From an uncultured delta proteobacterium (GTDB lineage Bacteria; Desulfobacterota; BSN033; UBA1163): DNA of 64,000 bases. The notes beneath the pieces were generated by a model that worked only from the letters and a program-made list of their open reading frames with translations, was not told the origin of the DNA and did no database searches. Shown one piece after another: positions 9,970 through 21,766 of the stretch (the first letter of the stretch is position 1; every line of letters starts with the position of its first letter). Position numbers and translations under genes: made by a program. The stretch lies in contig CAVPSJ010000019.1 in NCBI GenBank assembly GCA_963708295.1, forward strand, positions 1 to 64,000, in the 5' to 3' direction.

Positions 9970-12900
9970 TCAATCAAGCAAAGAAAGATTGATCGTGACC
10001 GGGAGGTCTGCGGGACCTGCTCCGCAGACTACTCCGTATGGAGAACCACCTGAAGAAGGAACGATCCACCAAAAACCGGTGCTGGGCTGATAGATGGCAG
10101 CATCCGCCTTGCCATCGCCATCATAATCTCCCGGAATAGGTGTATATCCTGGTCCACCCCAGCCGATTCCGTAAGCTCCATTATAAGGATTGCCGAGCGT
10201 GGCTGTCGAAGACGGAAGGATCCACCAGCTACCGTTCGTAGGAATCATAGATGGCAATATCGGTCTTTCCATCGCCATCGTAATCTGCGGGAACAGGTTT
10301 GAATATAGCAGAATTGCCCCAGCCCACACCATAGCCCCCCACTTGTCCTTGCGGCCCCGTACCCGAAGAGGGGATGATCCACCAGGCGCCATCCCAGACA
10401 CCACCGGTTTTATCGTAAACGGCAATGTCGGTCTTCCCATCACCGTCAAAATCTCCGAGGACGGGCTTGTATGCAGGGTCCACCCCAGCCGATTCCGTAA
10501 CCTCCATTATAAGGATTGCCGAGCGTGGCTGTCGATGAGGGAAGGATCCACCAGACGCCGGTTGCGGTTTCATAGATGGCGATATCGGTCTTCCCATCGC
10601 CGTCATAGTCTCCGGGAATAGGCTTGTATGCAGAGCCACCCCAGCCCACACCATAGCCCCCCGCCTGTCCTTGCGGTCCGGTACCTGATGAGGGGATAAT
10701 CCACCAGACGCCGCTCGTGGTGTCATAGATTGAGATATCCACGTACCCGTCACCATCATAATCCCCGGGGACGTTTTGGAAGCCCGGTCCCCCCCAGCCC
10801 ACCGTATAGGGCGCCATCCCGGAAGAAGGAACGATCGACCACACACCCGTGCCGGTGTTGTAAGTGGCGACATCGCTCTTTTCATCCGGATCGAAACTGG
10901 TCTTCCAGCTTCTTGCAGTGGTAAAACAATTCCACGCGCTGCGCGGAACGGTTGTCTGCGACAATGACATTCGTATTCTCATATACCTCTACCCGCCATT
11001 GATAGGATCTACCCGGCCTCAATATCCCGGCTGGCATGGTGAAAGAGGTGCTCGTAGACCTTGGAGATTGATAAACCGTGTAGCTCCTTTTCCAGTCGTT
11101 TATCGTCACTCTGTAATAACGCGTTCCAGAAACTGCATTCCATGAAAAGGTCGGGGTCAAATGGGTCAGATAGGCATTGTTGGCAGGAACCATACTACTC
11201 TGATCGACAATACCAATGGTTGCTGATGTCTGAGCTTTGTTGGAAGTGTCCGAACCCCCAAAAGTGTCCTGGACGTTAAAAGCATAATTCCCATCGCCGG
11301 GATAGCTTGGCTCGGTGAATCCGTAAACAAGGCCCGTGGTTAGCAAGGTTATACCCAATATTGGATTCTTGAAAGGTGTACGGGTTTGGTCCGGTGATGC
11401 TCACTTGGCTTACATGGGTCGGCAACGGGCCCAATACGTTCACATTGTAATTTTTTCTCTGCCCCGCATAATGATCATTATCGCTCCACACGATTCCCCA
11501 GTTCAACATCGTTGATGGATCATAAGGATAAGTTCCGGTTGAGAAGCTCAGCCTGTCGCTTCGGGACCTGTTATTTCCATAAGGCGCGTCATCAACTTCC
11601 ACGAACCATTTGTAGGGGGTGTTGGCAAGCAGATATCCATCTGGCACGGTGATGGAAGTGTTTTGCGTGAATGGGGAGATGTAGACCGTATTCTCTCTCC
11701 CATTCCAGTCAAAAATAAGCAATCGGTAGTAGGCTCCCGGCCCGACACTTCCCCAGCTGAAGGTCGGAGAAGTGGTCCCTAAATAGGAATTGTTTCCTGG
11801 GACCATGCTTGCGGAGGAGACCCTTGGGACTGAGGCAAATGTAAAGTTCTTGCTGGTCGTAACGGTCCTCTCGGCTGAATCGGTTAGCGTGAAGGTGTAG
11901 GTGCCATCTGCAAGAGGACCTGGATAGTTCGCGATGAAAAACAGTCCCTGTTGCTCGCTCTGTCTGAGGTCGTCTTCGGTAAAGAAATATCGAAAGCCTG
12001 AAGGACCGTCAAGCCTCAACTCCTTGATGTCTGCCGGACTGACTCCTCGGACTGTCGCTACTAAACTATATATGATGGGACCGGAAAATTGATCATCACT
12101 TCGAACCTGGGCAAATGTAATACGGGGGGGGGTGGGCGGGGGCGTCCCTCCGGTGGTAAAGGGCCAGAGGCCGCCAAAGGTCTCGCCATTGTTGTCGTAG
12201 TTGGCTCCCCTCACTCCCCAATAATAAGTTTTATTCGGCGATAGCTTCTTGTCAGAGGGAATGGTAATTGAGTGAGTTCCTGATCCCTGATCGACCATAA
12301 CCCCCATCCAGACCATGGGGGCTGTACTCATATCCGGCCCATCGAAAACAGCCACATTGTAATACATGGGGCGGTCCGTTCCACTGTAACTCCACTGAAA
12401 GGTGGGAGTAGTTGATTCTCCTGTTGCCCCGTTGGCAGGCAGGCTCAGAGTTGGCGTGGCGCTAAAGATATAAATATTACGGTCAAAGATAACCGTATTC
12501 GATCCGTTATCTTGTACTGTAAAGGTCACAAGATGATTGCCTTCCGAAAGGCCCTCATTTCCCGTAGTTTTAAAGGAATAGTTATTCCCTCCTGTGGGAC
12601 TGAGAGTCCAGGGGGCATGTCCTGAAGTGGTGGCAGTAACGAAGAGAGGAAATGTAAGCTGATCCCAGGCGTTGACCCGGAATTGGACCTGGGTGGTGCC
12701 GTCGCCCCACTTCGTTCCCCTTTGTTCATCGGCATCGGCGCCATTATAAAGTATCGGGTCGCTATCTATCCCGGAATTTATTGCTGTTGTAAATGACCAC
12801 GTGTACGGAGATGAAAGGCCATTATTTCCCCCACGGTCCTTTACCCCTGTACCAAGGGTAACCGTGTATTGATGGCCGTACGTCAAGGGTGACTGTGGAC

Positions 12901-13867
12901 CGAATGATACATAGTCTTCGAATGAAGCAAAGATGTCTGATAGGAATCCAAGCAGGTACCGTATCATCATGGAGAGTAATATTTGTCGAATTGAGAGTGG
13001 CCTCATCCATTTTCTCTGAAAAGAACGCATAGAGAACGGGAGTTGGGACGGCGCTGACTTTGATATCACCATTTACAGGAATGGTCTTGATCACCGTTGG
13101 AGGGGTTGTGTCGGCAGTGCCAGTCTGGAAACTCCACGAGTACTGATTTTTGAGTGGGTTTCCCCGCACATCCCTTACATTGGTTGTAATCGTGACAGTA
13201 TAGGAAGACGGCGAAGGTGAAAACGGTGTATTTTTCTTAACCCCGACCTCTCCCCTTCCGATGTCATAATTAACACTGTAGTCACTGGTACTGCTGATAC
13301 CAGGACCGGTCAGGGTAATATTACCCGGGGTGGTGATGCTGGTGGGGTTCATCGCTTCACTAAATCTAATGTAGATTGACTCACCGACCCAAACGTTTGT
13401 CATATTACTGTAAGGATACGTTGTCTGAACCGTGGGAGGCGTGACATCCGCCATGGAAAATTTAGTGATGAAGCTTGCTTCAACCCAGGTGCCTCCTGTT
13501 CCTGACTGGGCATTGCATTCATAATGATAACCGGTCGCCGGTTTCAGGCCGTTTTGGGGAATAAAGACCATTGTGTCATTGGTGAAGGTTGTCGTCCTCC
13601 ATTGAGTCGTACCCGCCACATGCTGGCCGTACTCATCCTCGTACATCGATCGAACTGGCCCCTGTGTCCATGGTCATATCGAACTGAATGGTAATGTTCG
13701 TGTTAATGAGAACGTTAACAGATCCGTTACGCCGGGGTCATGTTAACAACGTTAGGCGGCGGTAGCGGCTGGGCCCAAGACGCCTCTGCAAAAATACCTA
13801 ACAGGATACTGATCAAGACAACCGAAATACGAAGAACGTTTCCTTTTTTTCTCCCTCTTTTGTCCAT
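9970..13867 (-). CDS. Large secreted Ig-like (Big_5/SbsA-type and FN3-like) repeat protein with C-terminal FG-GAP repeats; multiple frameshifts
   Basis: Signal peptide from ATG 13867 with GGAGG RBS; DTTPPTV..FSE.M..YSWSFxT motifs; PTFSW strands; GDYDGDG repeats in ORFs 10446-10982 and 9970-10449. Confidence 0.78.
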
Positions 13868-14258
13868 GATGTCCTCCCTAGTTTCCTCCCTAGTTATTCT
13901 TTCGGCTCAGTCTTCCACCGATTTCGCTAAGTCACAAAAAAAATAAAGAAGCTTACCTGCTATTTTGAAGTCCGGTTTTCCAATCCCTTACCGTCTTCTC
14001 ACCCCTCTCGGGGCGATGGCTACATCCATTCATTGCTTGAATATCTATCTGATTTTTATGGAAGATTCAGGAAAATTACCACCTAACCGAGTGATAGCTA
14101 CCAGAATTCGTGTCTCTTGTCAAGTGAATTAATGTGAGCCCGCGGAAAATGACCGATCTGAATTTTGGAAACCTCCGATCAGTCATCATTCCCTTCTCGT
14201 TCTTAAGGATGACCCTATTGGGCGCTTGTCACCTGAAAATCGAGACAGCAAGCCATGA

Positions 14259-14274
14259 AGCATTTTGCATGCCA
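14259..14274 (-). promoter_or_regulatory. Sigma-54 promoter
   Basis: TGGCAT-GCAAA-ATGCT (GG-N10-GC); GGGAATAATGG direct repeat upstream near 14344-14363; ~390 nt from ATG 13867. Confidence 0.6.
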
Positions 14275-14543
14275 AAAACTGGCTAATCGTATAACTTTCT
14301 GATTAGAAATAGAATTTGTTTAATCAAAATAAAGCCCCACCGAGGGAATAATGGGGAATAATGGCAAAAAAGGGCACCATCCTGATAAATTATTGGATAA
14401 AAATTCGCCGGTTCCTAAACTCTTCTTTAAGGTGGATTGTCTCTCTGGGGTGCCATTATTTCGACAAGAGGAGTGAGGGAGGATGAAAGAGCAGCCCGGC
14501 AAACTAAGAGTGAAACCACCTTGGGCGCATTCGGCACTAATTG

Positions 14544-14584
14544 AAAAGCCGTGGACACTGAAACCAGAATAGGGTCCACGGCCT
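14544..14584 (-). terminator. Intrinsic terminator after the multicopper oxidase gene
   Basis: GCCGTGGAC..GTCCACGGC stem followed by TTTT on the minus strand. Confidence 0.6.
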
Positions 14585-14618
14585 CCAGAACAACTAATAA
14601 TTTAAGCTTCGCCGATTC

Positions 14619-17600
14619 TTAGAATTGAGTAGCCTCAGCAATCGGCACATCGCTCGCATCTCCACCCCACCCTATTCCGTAAGCGGCAGCGCCCGAAGAG
14701 GGGATGACGTACCAAGTTCCAGTGCTCGCACGGTACACTGCCACATCCGCTATTCCATCCCGATCATAATCACCAGGCACAGGGATGTCCGTGGCGTCTC
14801 CACCCCAGCCGACTCCATAGGCGGCAGCCCCTGAAGAGGGCTTGATCCACCAGGCGCCTGCGCTGGCTTGGTAAATGGCGATATCGGTTTTCCCATCCCC
14901 GTCATAATCCCCCGGGACAGGTGTGAATGAAGGTCCGCCCCAGCCGACTCCATAGGCGGGAGCCCCTGAAGAAGGGATGATCCACCAGGCGCCTGCGCTG
15001 GCTTGGTAAATGGCGATATCGGTTTTCCCATCCCCGTCGAAATCTCCGAGAATAGGTGTGAATCCAGCTCCACCCCAACCTATTCCATAGGCGGGAGCCC
15101 CTGAAGAGGGAATGATCCACCATGCGCCCGTGCTGACTTGGTAAATGGCGACATCGGTTCTCCCATCCCCGTCGAAATCTCCGAGAATAGGTGTGAATCC
15201 AGCTCCGCCCCAACCGATTCCGTAAGCGGCCGCGCCTGAAGAAGGAATAATCCACCATGCGCCGCTGGCGGTATTGTAGATCCCAAGATCGGTTTTCCCA
15301 TCTCCGTCATAATCTCCCGGGACAGGTGCGAATCCAGGTCCGCCCCAGCCGACTGCGTAGGCCGCAGCCCCTGAAGAAGGACTTACAATCCACGCCCCTG
15401 TGCTCGCTCGATAGACTGCAAGATCCGTTTTCTTGTCTCCGTCAAAATCCGCAGGGGGGCGGCGGCGCACCACAAGGGCCCGCATCATGTCGTTTTCTTC
15501 ATGGCCCAGAATGTGGCAGTGCCAGGTATACTCCCAGCCGAAGTTGTACATCTGCGTTGGTGACCGTAATTGGCGTCCCCGTTAGTGGGTCTAAGCTCGC
15601 GAACGTGGAGCCCACCGGCATGGTCGGGTCCAGCGGACGAACGCTGTTGGGAACCGCAAAGGGGAACGTAGGAATCTTCGCCCGCATTGCAACAATGATA
15701 TCTTCCAGCGGGTTCATCCGGACGGTGTCCTTCCAGCCCAGCTCGTTGGGGTCGGTCGTCTCTGATTGCCCCGTCCCAGCCGACCCGGTTGATCACCTGC
15801 ACGTTGACCAGGTGGAAGTGGATGCCGTGGGTGTCAACGCCGTTATGTGTAATCTTCCAGAGCTGGGTCTGATTGGGACCGAGTATCTCGGTGGTCGGAT
15901 CTATGAAGCCTAAGGGGACCGTCGTCTGGATCAAGGCGCCGGTAAACGGCAGTTCGACCCCCAGGGTGGCGTTCATCCGGCCTTGGGGATCAAAAAGCTC
16001 CTGGATGGTCGGATTCTTCATCTGCATCGTGCTCGCCGTGGTTGAGCCGTATGGAGTGAAGGTCAAGGAGAGGTCCTGGATCCGCGCAAACGTATCGGTG
16101 GTAGCACCCCCTGTATAACCGATCGCATTATAAACCGATTCCGGCACGACGGGCGCATCTTGAGTCGTCTTGAAGATAGCCGGTAATCCTGTTGCCGGAT
16201 TCTGCAACTTGGCCAGAAGGCCGTGGGGCTTGCGTCGTAGTCATCGACGGGCGCGGTTGAATCAGCGCCTGGACCTACCCGGAATTGCACGATGGTTCGG
16301 GTATTGGGTCCGAAGCCGGCCACGGTTGAAGGCGCGCCGCCCTGATTATTTGCACCGGCCGTGGCTGAATAATCCGGATTGCCCGTGTAGAAGTCATAAC
16401 GAGGGTCACTTGCCGGGACGGGTGCGGGCGAGTCATTATACAGAATGACGGTCTTACCGGCGAACTTAGAGAAGTCGACGATGACGTCCGCCCGTTCCGC
16501 AGGCGCCATGAAGAGCGTCTTTTCCAAGACATTCAACACCACGATGTTTCTCTTGTTTTGTTCAAAGCCGACGGGCGTGTTGAGGTGAAGCACCGGCCCC
16601 GGTAGGATGCCGCCTTCGGTGCCGATCTGGATCATGGCAGGACCTCGCAACGTCGGATCGGGAACGCCCGAAGGTCTGCTGTCCAGTATGTCAGGTATCA
16701 TACCTGGCGTTCCTGCTGTCCAGGCCTCCGGAAAGCAGTTCGTCGTGACAAGCGCGGTGCAGACACAGTCCGGTTGTGCCGGCGCTCCTGCTGCGCCACA
16801 GGCCAGGCGCGGGGTCGCAGGAACCATTTTGACTTCCGTGCCGAAAGCGCCAGGTCCGGGGGCGATGTCGTTACCGTTCAAATCGATAGCATGGCCGGCC
16901 GGGTCGGCTTGATACAACTGTAGGTTGACCATCCGGTCATTACAGGCATTGAGTATCCGTAACCGATATATCGCTGGATTCACATTGACGTAGGGGTAGG
17001 CGGTGCCGTTGACCACGGGCGTGTCCATGAAGGCTTCGGGTACGTGAGAAACTGTCGGCGGATAAGGTGAGTCAACGGGGAAAACCGGCCAGAACCAGGG
17101 GCCGTAGTCCCACCTGCCCAGAGGGTTCGCTCCGCTGAGGTCAGTGTCGGGTCCTGGTTCGGCATGTAGACATGGGGGAACCAGAGACTTGCCCACCCCG
17201 CCCCAATTTACCGTGTCCCAGAGAGGATCGGTATTCAGAGGATCGGCGCTGGGAAGGGTCAAGGTGCTGGGCACAAAGGTCTTGTCCTGGATGACCAGAG
17301 GAATAAGGTGTGGTAAATCATGGGAGACGATGGCGCCGGTAGCGGGATTGGTCACGATCGTGCCGGGAACGCCGGCTGCACTCAGCGCGGTTTCTTCCGC
17401 CGGGTCAACCAACAGGTAACCTGCGGCCTCGCCGGCATAGACATTGAGGCCCGTTATGCCGAGGGCATGGTCGTGGTAGAACATCAGCCGGCCGCTCTGC
17501 TGGTTGGTCCAGTAAAAGGTCGCCGACCCTGGACCCGGGTCGTTTGTCGCTCCGGGAGTTCCCGCCGCAACGGCAACGTGGGTAGTTGGGTTAAACCACA

Positions 17601-18399
17601 TGTCGGGCACGTTCTGCTGGCTTGCACCCTTCAGGTAGGGGGTCAATCCCACTTCCCCGGCGGGGGTAATCCACTGGTGGGCCGTCCCATCGCTGATCCA
17701 CGGAGGGATGCCGCCATGGAGATGGATGGTGGCGCGGTTCTCCGTGTACCTGGCGCAAGCCTGCGTCGCTGGGTCGCAGTCAGATCCATTGGAGAACTTC
17801 GGACCCATCCCTGCCCCCATGAGATCGGTATCCACAGGCAGAAAGAGCTTGCCGTTTACTGCACCAACAGTACCAACGGGAAGGAGATTGGAAAACTTGA
17901 TACGCACCGGCCGGTTCTTCGTGGCCAGGATCAGGGGCCCCAGATAGTGCGGCTTAGCCGCGCCAAATACTGGATTACCGAGTGAATCCAGAACGTTCAT
18001 GCTCAAGCCGTTGGCTGTGGTCAGGGCAACAGCGCCCGGGGTCCCCGACGGCACAAGCTGCACATAACCCCGCAGTTTAGTGCCTGACGCGGGCAGGTTC
18101 GTATGCATCTGCTCAAAATACTCGACTAACCCGATTTCGTAATAATCGTCATTCGGGAAGCCTGGGAACGTTCCCGCCGCGGCAAGGGGGATCTGCTGCA
18201 AGAGGTTGTTGGGTGTATTCACACCCGGCAGCGAGTCGACAAATTTCTTAATCGTAGTCGGGCTATAGGCAAAATTAGGCCGTCCCAAATCGACGGCCGG
18301 GTTGAGTATCGGCGCCGCCTGAGCCTGTCCGACCCCACAAGCAAGGGCAGCTACTACCAATAACAAACTCATAAAGACCAAAATTTTCCGCTGATTCAT
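14619..18399 (-). CDS. Secreted CotA/bilirubin-oxidase-like multicopper oxidase with C-terminal FG-GAP repeats; frameshifted
   Basis: Sec signal; copper motifs IHLHGG, FYHDH, HGIHFHL, WHCHILGHEENDMM over ORFs 16063-18399, 15485-16207, 14619-15551; six DxDGDG repeats. Confidence 0.88.
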
Positions 18400-18741
18400 A
18401 TTTGGTTCCTCCTGTTATTCTTCTATCTTATCCTTTTATCCTTTCCTTTTACAATTTTATTAGTGACATGATCCCTCTTCAAGGTAGCTACAGTTGAGTC
18501 TCTCTCGACGGCATCAAACTTGGTTGTCTCACCTCCCTCGTTAGGATAATGGCAGGGGATCTAGCTCCCTTCACCGCACTTTCTGTTCTCCCCCGTTTGC
18601 CATGCGATATGACTTCCTCAAAAAAACACCAATATAAATCATCCAGCATAAATCGTACTGAAAATGGCGCTAGAAGTATATGGGGTCAAACCCTTATTCG
18701 TTTGGGAAAGTTACTGTATTTTGATCGGCGATCGAAATCCC

Positions 18742-19098
18742 TTATCTTACCTGATGATTCTTTATATCTTCTCGAAGTTGCGCGACGCTAAAAGGCTTCT
18801 TAAGACACTTCTCCGCTCCGCATCTTGCTGACTCTTCCATATCCATGGGTCCCGCATTCCCCGAAAAAGTAATGGCGGGCACGTGGGGGTTCATATTCTT
18901 GATGATTCTCAAGGCATCTGTCCCCCCGAGCCTCGGCATCCTCAGGTCGAGTAGAACAAAGTCATAGGAGTTGTTGATGAATCTCAGAACTGCTTCGACT
19001 CCATTGGCAACGAGGTCGACCAGATGGCGGTCTTCTTCCAACTCTCTTTTCAAAGCCAAGCCGAAGTTTCCATCATCGTCGGCTAAAAGGATATTCAA
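18742..19098 (-). CDS. Single-domain response regulator
   Basis: ILLADDD, LLDLRMP, KKPF receiver motifs. Confidence 0.88.
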   Translation of the reverse strand: MNILLADDDGNFGLALKRELEEDRHLVDLVANGVEAVLRFINNSYDFVLLDLRMPRLGGTDALRIIKNMNPHVPAITFSGNAGPMDMEESARCGAEKCLKKPFSVAQLREDIKNHQVR

Positions 19099-19132
19099 TG
19101 GAGTTTCCTTTCTGAATAGTGCTTAGACGTGT

Positions 19133-19148
19133 AGCAAAAGATGTGCCA
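19133..19148 (-). promoter_or_regulatory. Sigma-54 promoter with upstream enhancer-like palindromes
   Basis: TGGCAC-ATCTT-TTGCT; GGGCAAATTGCC and GGTAAATTGCCC at ~19202-19234. Confidence 0.82.
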
Positions 19149-19245
19149 GATGAAAGCCTTTGATTTTATTGGAATTTAACGGGTGGCAAAGGATTGTTGC
19201 AGGGCAAATTGCCTTGAAGGGCAGGTAAATTGCCCGATTCTTACT

Positions 19246-19488
19246 TTACCGGACCGGATAGGCTTTTGCGACAAGCTCCTTGCCGACAACGCTTTCTCCG
19301 CAGATCAGGACAGGAAAATCAGATCGGGCGACCTTGCTGACATTCTTTAATATTTCGAGCATGAAAGGGTTCCCGGTGATGATTCCCTGGGCTTGGGATT
19401 GTCTCTTGATCTGCGTCTTGAGAACAAGATTTTCGGTGAGAAGCTTCAAAAAGTGAAAATTGATCGTTAAAAGAGGAGCCCATCTCAC
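19246..19488 (-). pseudogene. Fragment of a sigma-54 activator AAA+ domain
   Basis: IITGNPFMLEILKNVSKVARSDFPVLICGESVVGKELVAKA: AAA+ start with degenerate Walker A, then stop. Confidence 0.75.
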
Positions 19489-19703
19489 TTACACCAATTG
19501 ACCCTCCCGGAGTGTCTTTCTAAAAAACGGGATGGGTCCTTCGTTTAAATACGCTACAATCTACTTAAAAATACTCACTTTACCCTATATGATTTCTTGC
19601 CCGAATGGCATAATCTCTCATAAAGGAGAATTTAAGAAAATTCAAAAAATTTCTTGAAGTATTTAACGTTTCCCGTTTGCAGGGATACAAGAAAAGGGAT
19701 GAT

Positions 19704-20084
19704 ATGGAGAACAAACCTCTTTACACGATAAGTGTCATGGCAGACCTTATAGGCGTGCATCCGGAAACCCTTCGGGTCTGGGAGCGCCATGGCCTGCTGA
19801 AGCCTCCTCGAAGAAACGCCCAAAGATTATACACCGACGGGGACCTGAAGCGGCTTTCCTTTATTCAAGGACTTCTTAAGCAAGGCCTCAATTTGGCAGG
19901 CGTCGTTTACCTTCTTACCCTCTACCCATGCTGGCTCCGCGACGATTGTCCAAAGTGCATCCGAAAGTCCACCCGGCAGGGATGTGCTAAGCCGTGCTGG
20001 AAGGAAGACGGCACCTTTTGCCAGGTCTCGTTTGAAGACCCGGATTTATGCGAGAGGTGTGACGCAAGAACCGCTTGGAAATAA
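19704..20084 (+). CDS. MerR/HspR-like regulator with Cys-rich C-terminus
   Basis: YTISVMADLIGVHPETLRVWERHGLLKP..RLYT..GLNLAGV; 8 Cys in the last ~52 aa. Confidence 0.88.
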   Translation: MENKPLYTISVMADLIGVHPETLRVWERHGLLKPPRRNAQRLYTDGDLKRLSFIQGLLKQGLNLAGVVYLLTLYPCWLRDDCPKCIRKSTRQGCAKPCWKEDGTFCQVSFEDPDLCERCDARTAWK

Positions 20085-20149
20085 GTCAAAGCAAGAGAAG
20101 TGAGAATGGGAGAAAATTTGAAAATTTTTGAAGGGGGGAATATTCAAGC

Positions 20150-20634
20150 ATGAAAACGAGATTCTTTATTATTCTTTTTCTAATGGCCATTTCTTTTGTG
20201 TATCTTCCTCTCGATGCCGAGAGTCAACAGGGGCATAAATCCAAGAGCGGCTCAGTTGGCTCAGCTGTTTCCGGGCCGGAGCAGACGCCCGCTTATCCTT
20301 CCATGCCGGGGCCGGGCAAAAAGGTCCCGATTGGAAACGACTATTACTTAATCTACGGCTTCGACAAGAAGCCCAAACTGGGCACAGTGATCATGAAGGT
20401 CGAGATTTTTACCAAGGAAGGCAAAAAAGACACCTCCATCGAGGTCAAGGCTGATGCCGGCATGCCTTCCATGAAGGGCGCCCATGAAACAGGAGACCGG
20501 CCTTTTAAACTCTCCAAGAAAGGGGACTATCTCCTGCCGATAGATATCGTCATGCCGGAGATTGGGAAATAAGACTGACCCTCTTAAAAGAGGGAAAGGT
20601 CATTTTCAGGGGGAGTTATCAATTTGATGTTTAA
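20150..20634 (+). CDS. Secreted YtkA/FixH-like protein; frameshift near 20560
   Basis: Signal peptide, ADAGMPSMKGAH, DIVMP(G)DWEIRLT continuing in a shifted frame to stop 20634. Confidence 0.72.
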
Positions 20635-21660
20635 GACTCCTGCTCATCTGTCTTTTCCTTTTATGCCTGGCTGATCATGGCGCAGGCCGCCGACCACCTG
20701 CTCTATTTCGAAGCGCAGGGGATCGCCGGTTATTCTTCTGAGCTGCACAGGACGATCTACTATTCGATGAACCCGGACGCTGAAATGCAGAAGCCGAGCC
20801 TCGGCTTCGATTACATACAGCGATTTTCAGGCGAATCAGGAGATGTGGCCACCTTTGCCCTTCAGGCTCGTCTGGCCCTGGCTGGGGATCGGGAAAGAGG
20901 ATCGTACAAGTTGGAGCCGCAGGTCTACAACGCCTATTTGAAAGTGAAGACTCCCGGGGCCTTATGTGTGGATCGGGCACAACCGTCCTGCTTTCGGGCT
21001 TTCGTCCTATTTCGACAGCCACGGTCTGCTGCTGCGGACCCTGGCCATCGAGGGTTTCGGCTATGACCGGGACTGGGGAGTCGGGCTCTATAAAGACTTC
21101 TCATGGGGGGATATATTCGGCCAGTGCCACAACCGGCTCAGGGATGCCGGTCTATTTCAAGGGGGCAATTACATGACCGCTGCCAGGGCCTCCTATGGCG
21201 TGCTGAGCCAGGATAATATGAACCTGGGTTTTTCCCTGGGTTACGGCAATACACTCGACACGATGGGCTACGAGCTGAGGGACCCGGAGCCCCGGCGGAT
21301 GACGCTTGCGGGACTCGATTTCACCTTTCTCAGAAACCGCTTTGAGCACCGTTTTGATTTTCTCGCGGGCAAGTGGCTCGGCGAGAAAACTTACGCGCTC
21401 TTTTACCGGTTCGGAGTAAATCTGGACCAGGAGGGACGGTTCAAGATCGAGGCCCAGCCGACCTACTGGAAGTTCGGCGAGGAGAGGAACTATCAACTGA
21501 GCTTCTGCTTCTCCGTCCTGGCGACCTCGGATTTGACGGTCCGCTTAGGCGTATTTTTACGATCGCAATGCAGAAGGACAACAGGGTCGTTCTGCAGCTT
21601 TATTACTACCGGCCGGTATCATGGCTGTCCAAATTGAGGCAGAAAATAGGCTCGAACTAG
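20627..21660 (+). CDS. Putative outer-membrane beta-barrel protein; frameshifted
   Basis: Signal-like start, amphipathic strands, YNAYL..WIGHNRPAFGL..DRDWGV, ending LQLYYY; ORFs 20677-21066, 20966-21637, 21373-21660. Confidence 0.6.
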
Positions 21661-21766
21661 AGAACTCAGGCATTGATTAAACGGAAAAGCAGGATCGGAG
21701 AAAGAGAATGCGGGCATTAAGCAAGAAAACGATCCATTTTGAATTCTGCAATTTGCAATTTGCAAT

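Noticed and set aside
13872-13895. Perfect 12-bp tandem duplication TCCTCCCTAGTT covering the RBS
   Set aside because: Real, but most simply a slippage event with no evidence of function.
14619-15440. Diversity-generating retroelement template/variable repeat pairs
   Set aside because: No reverse transcriptase in the window and differences are not adenine-specific.
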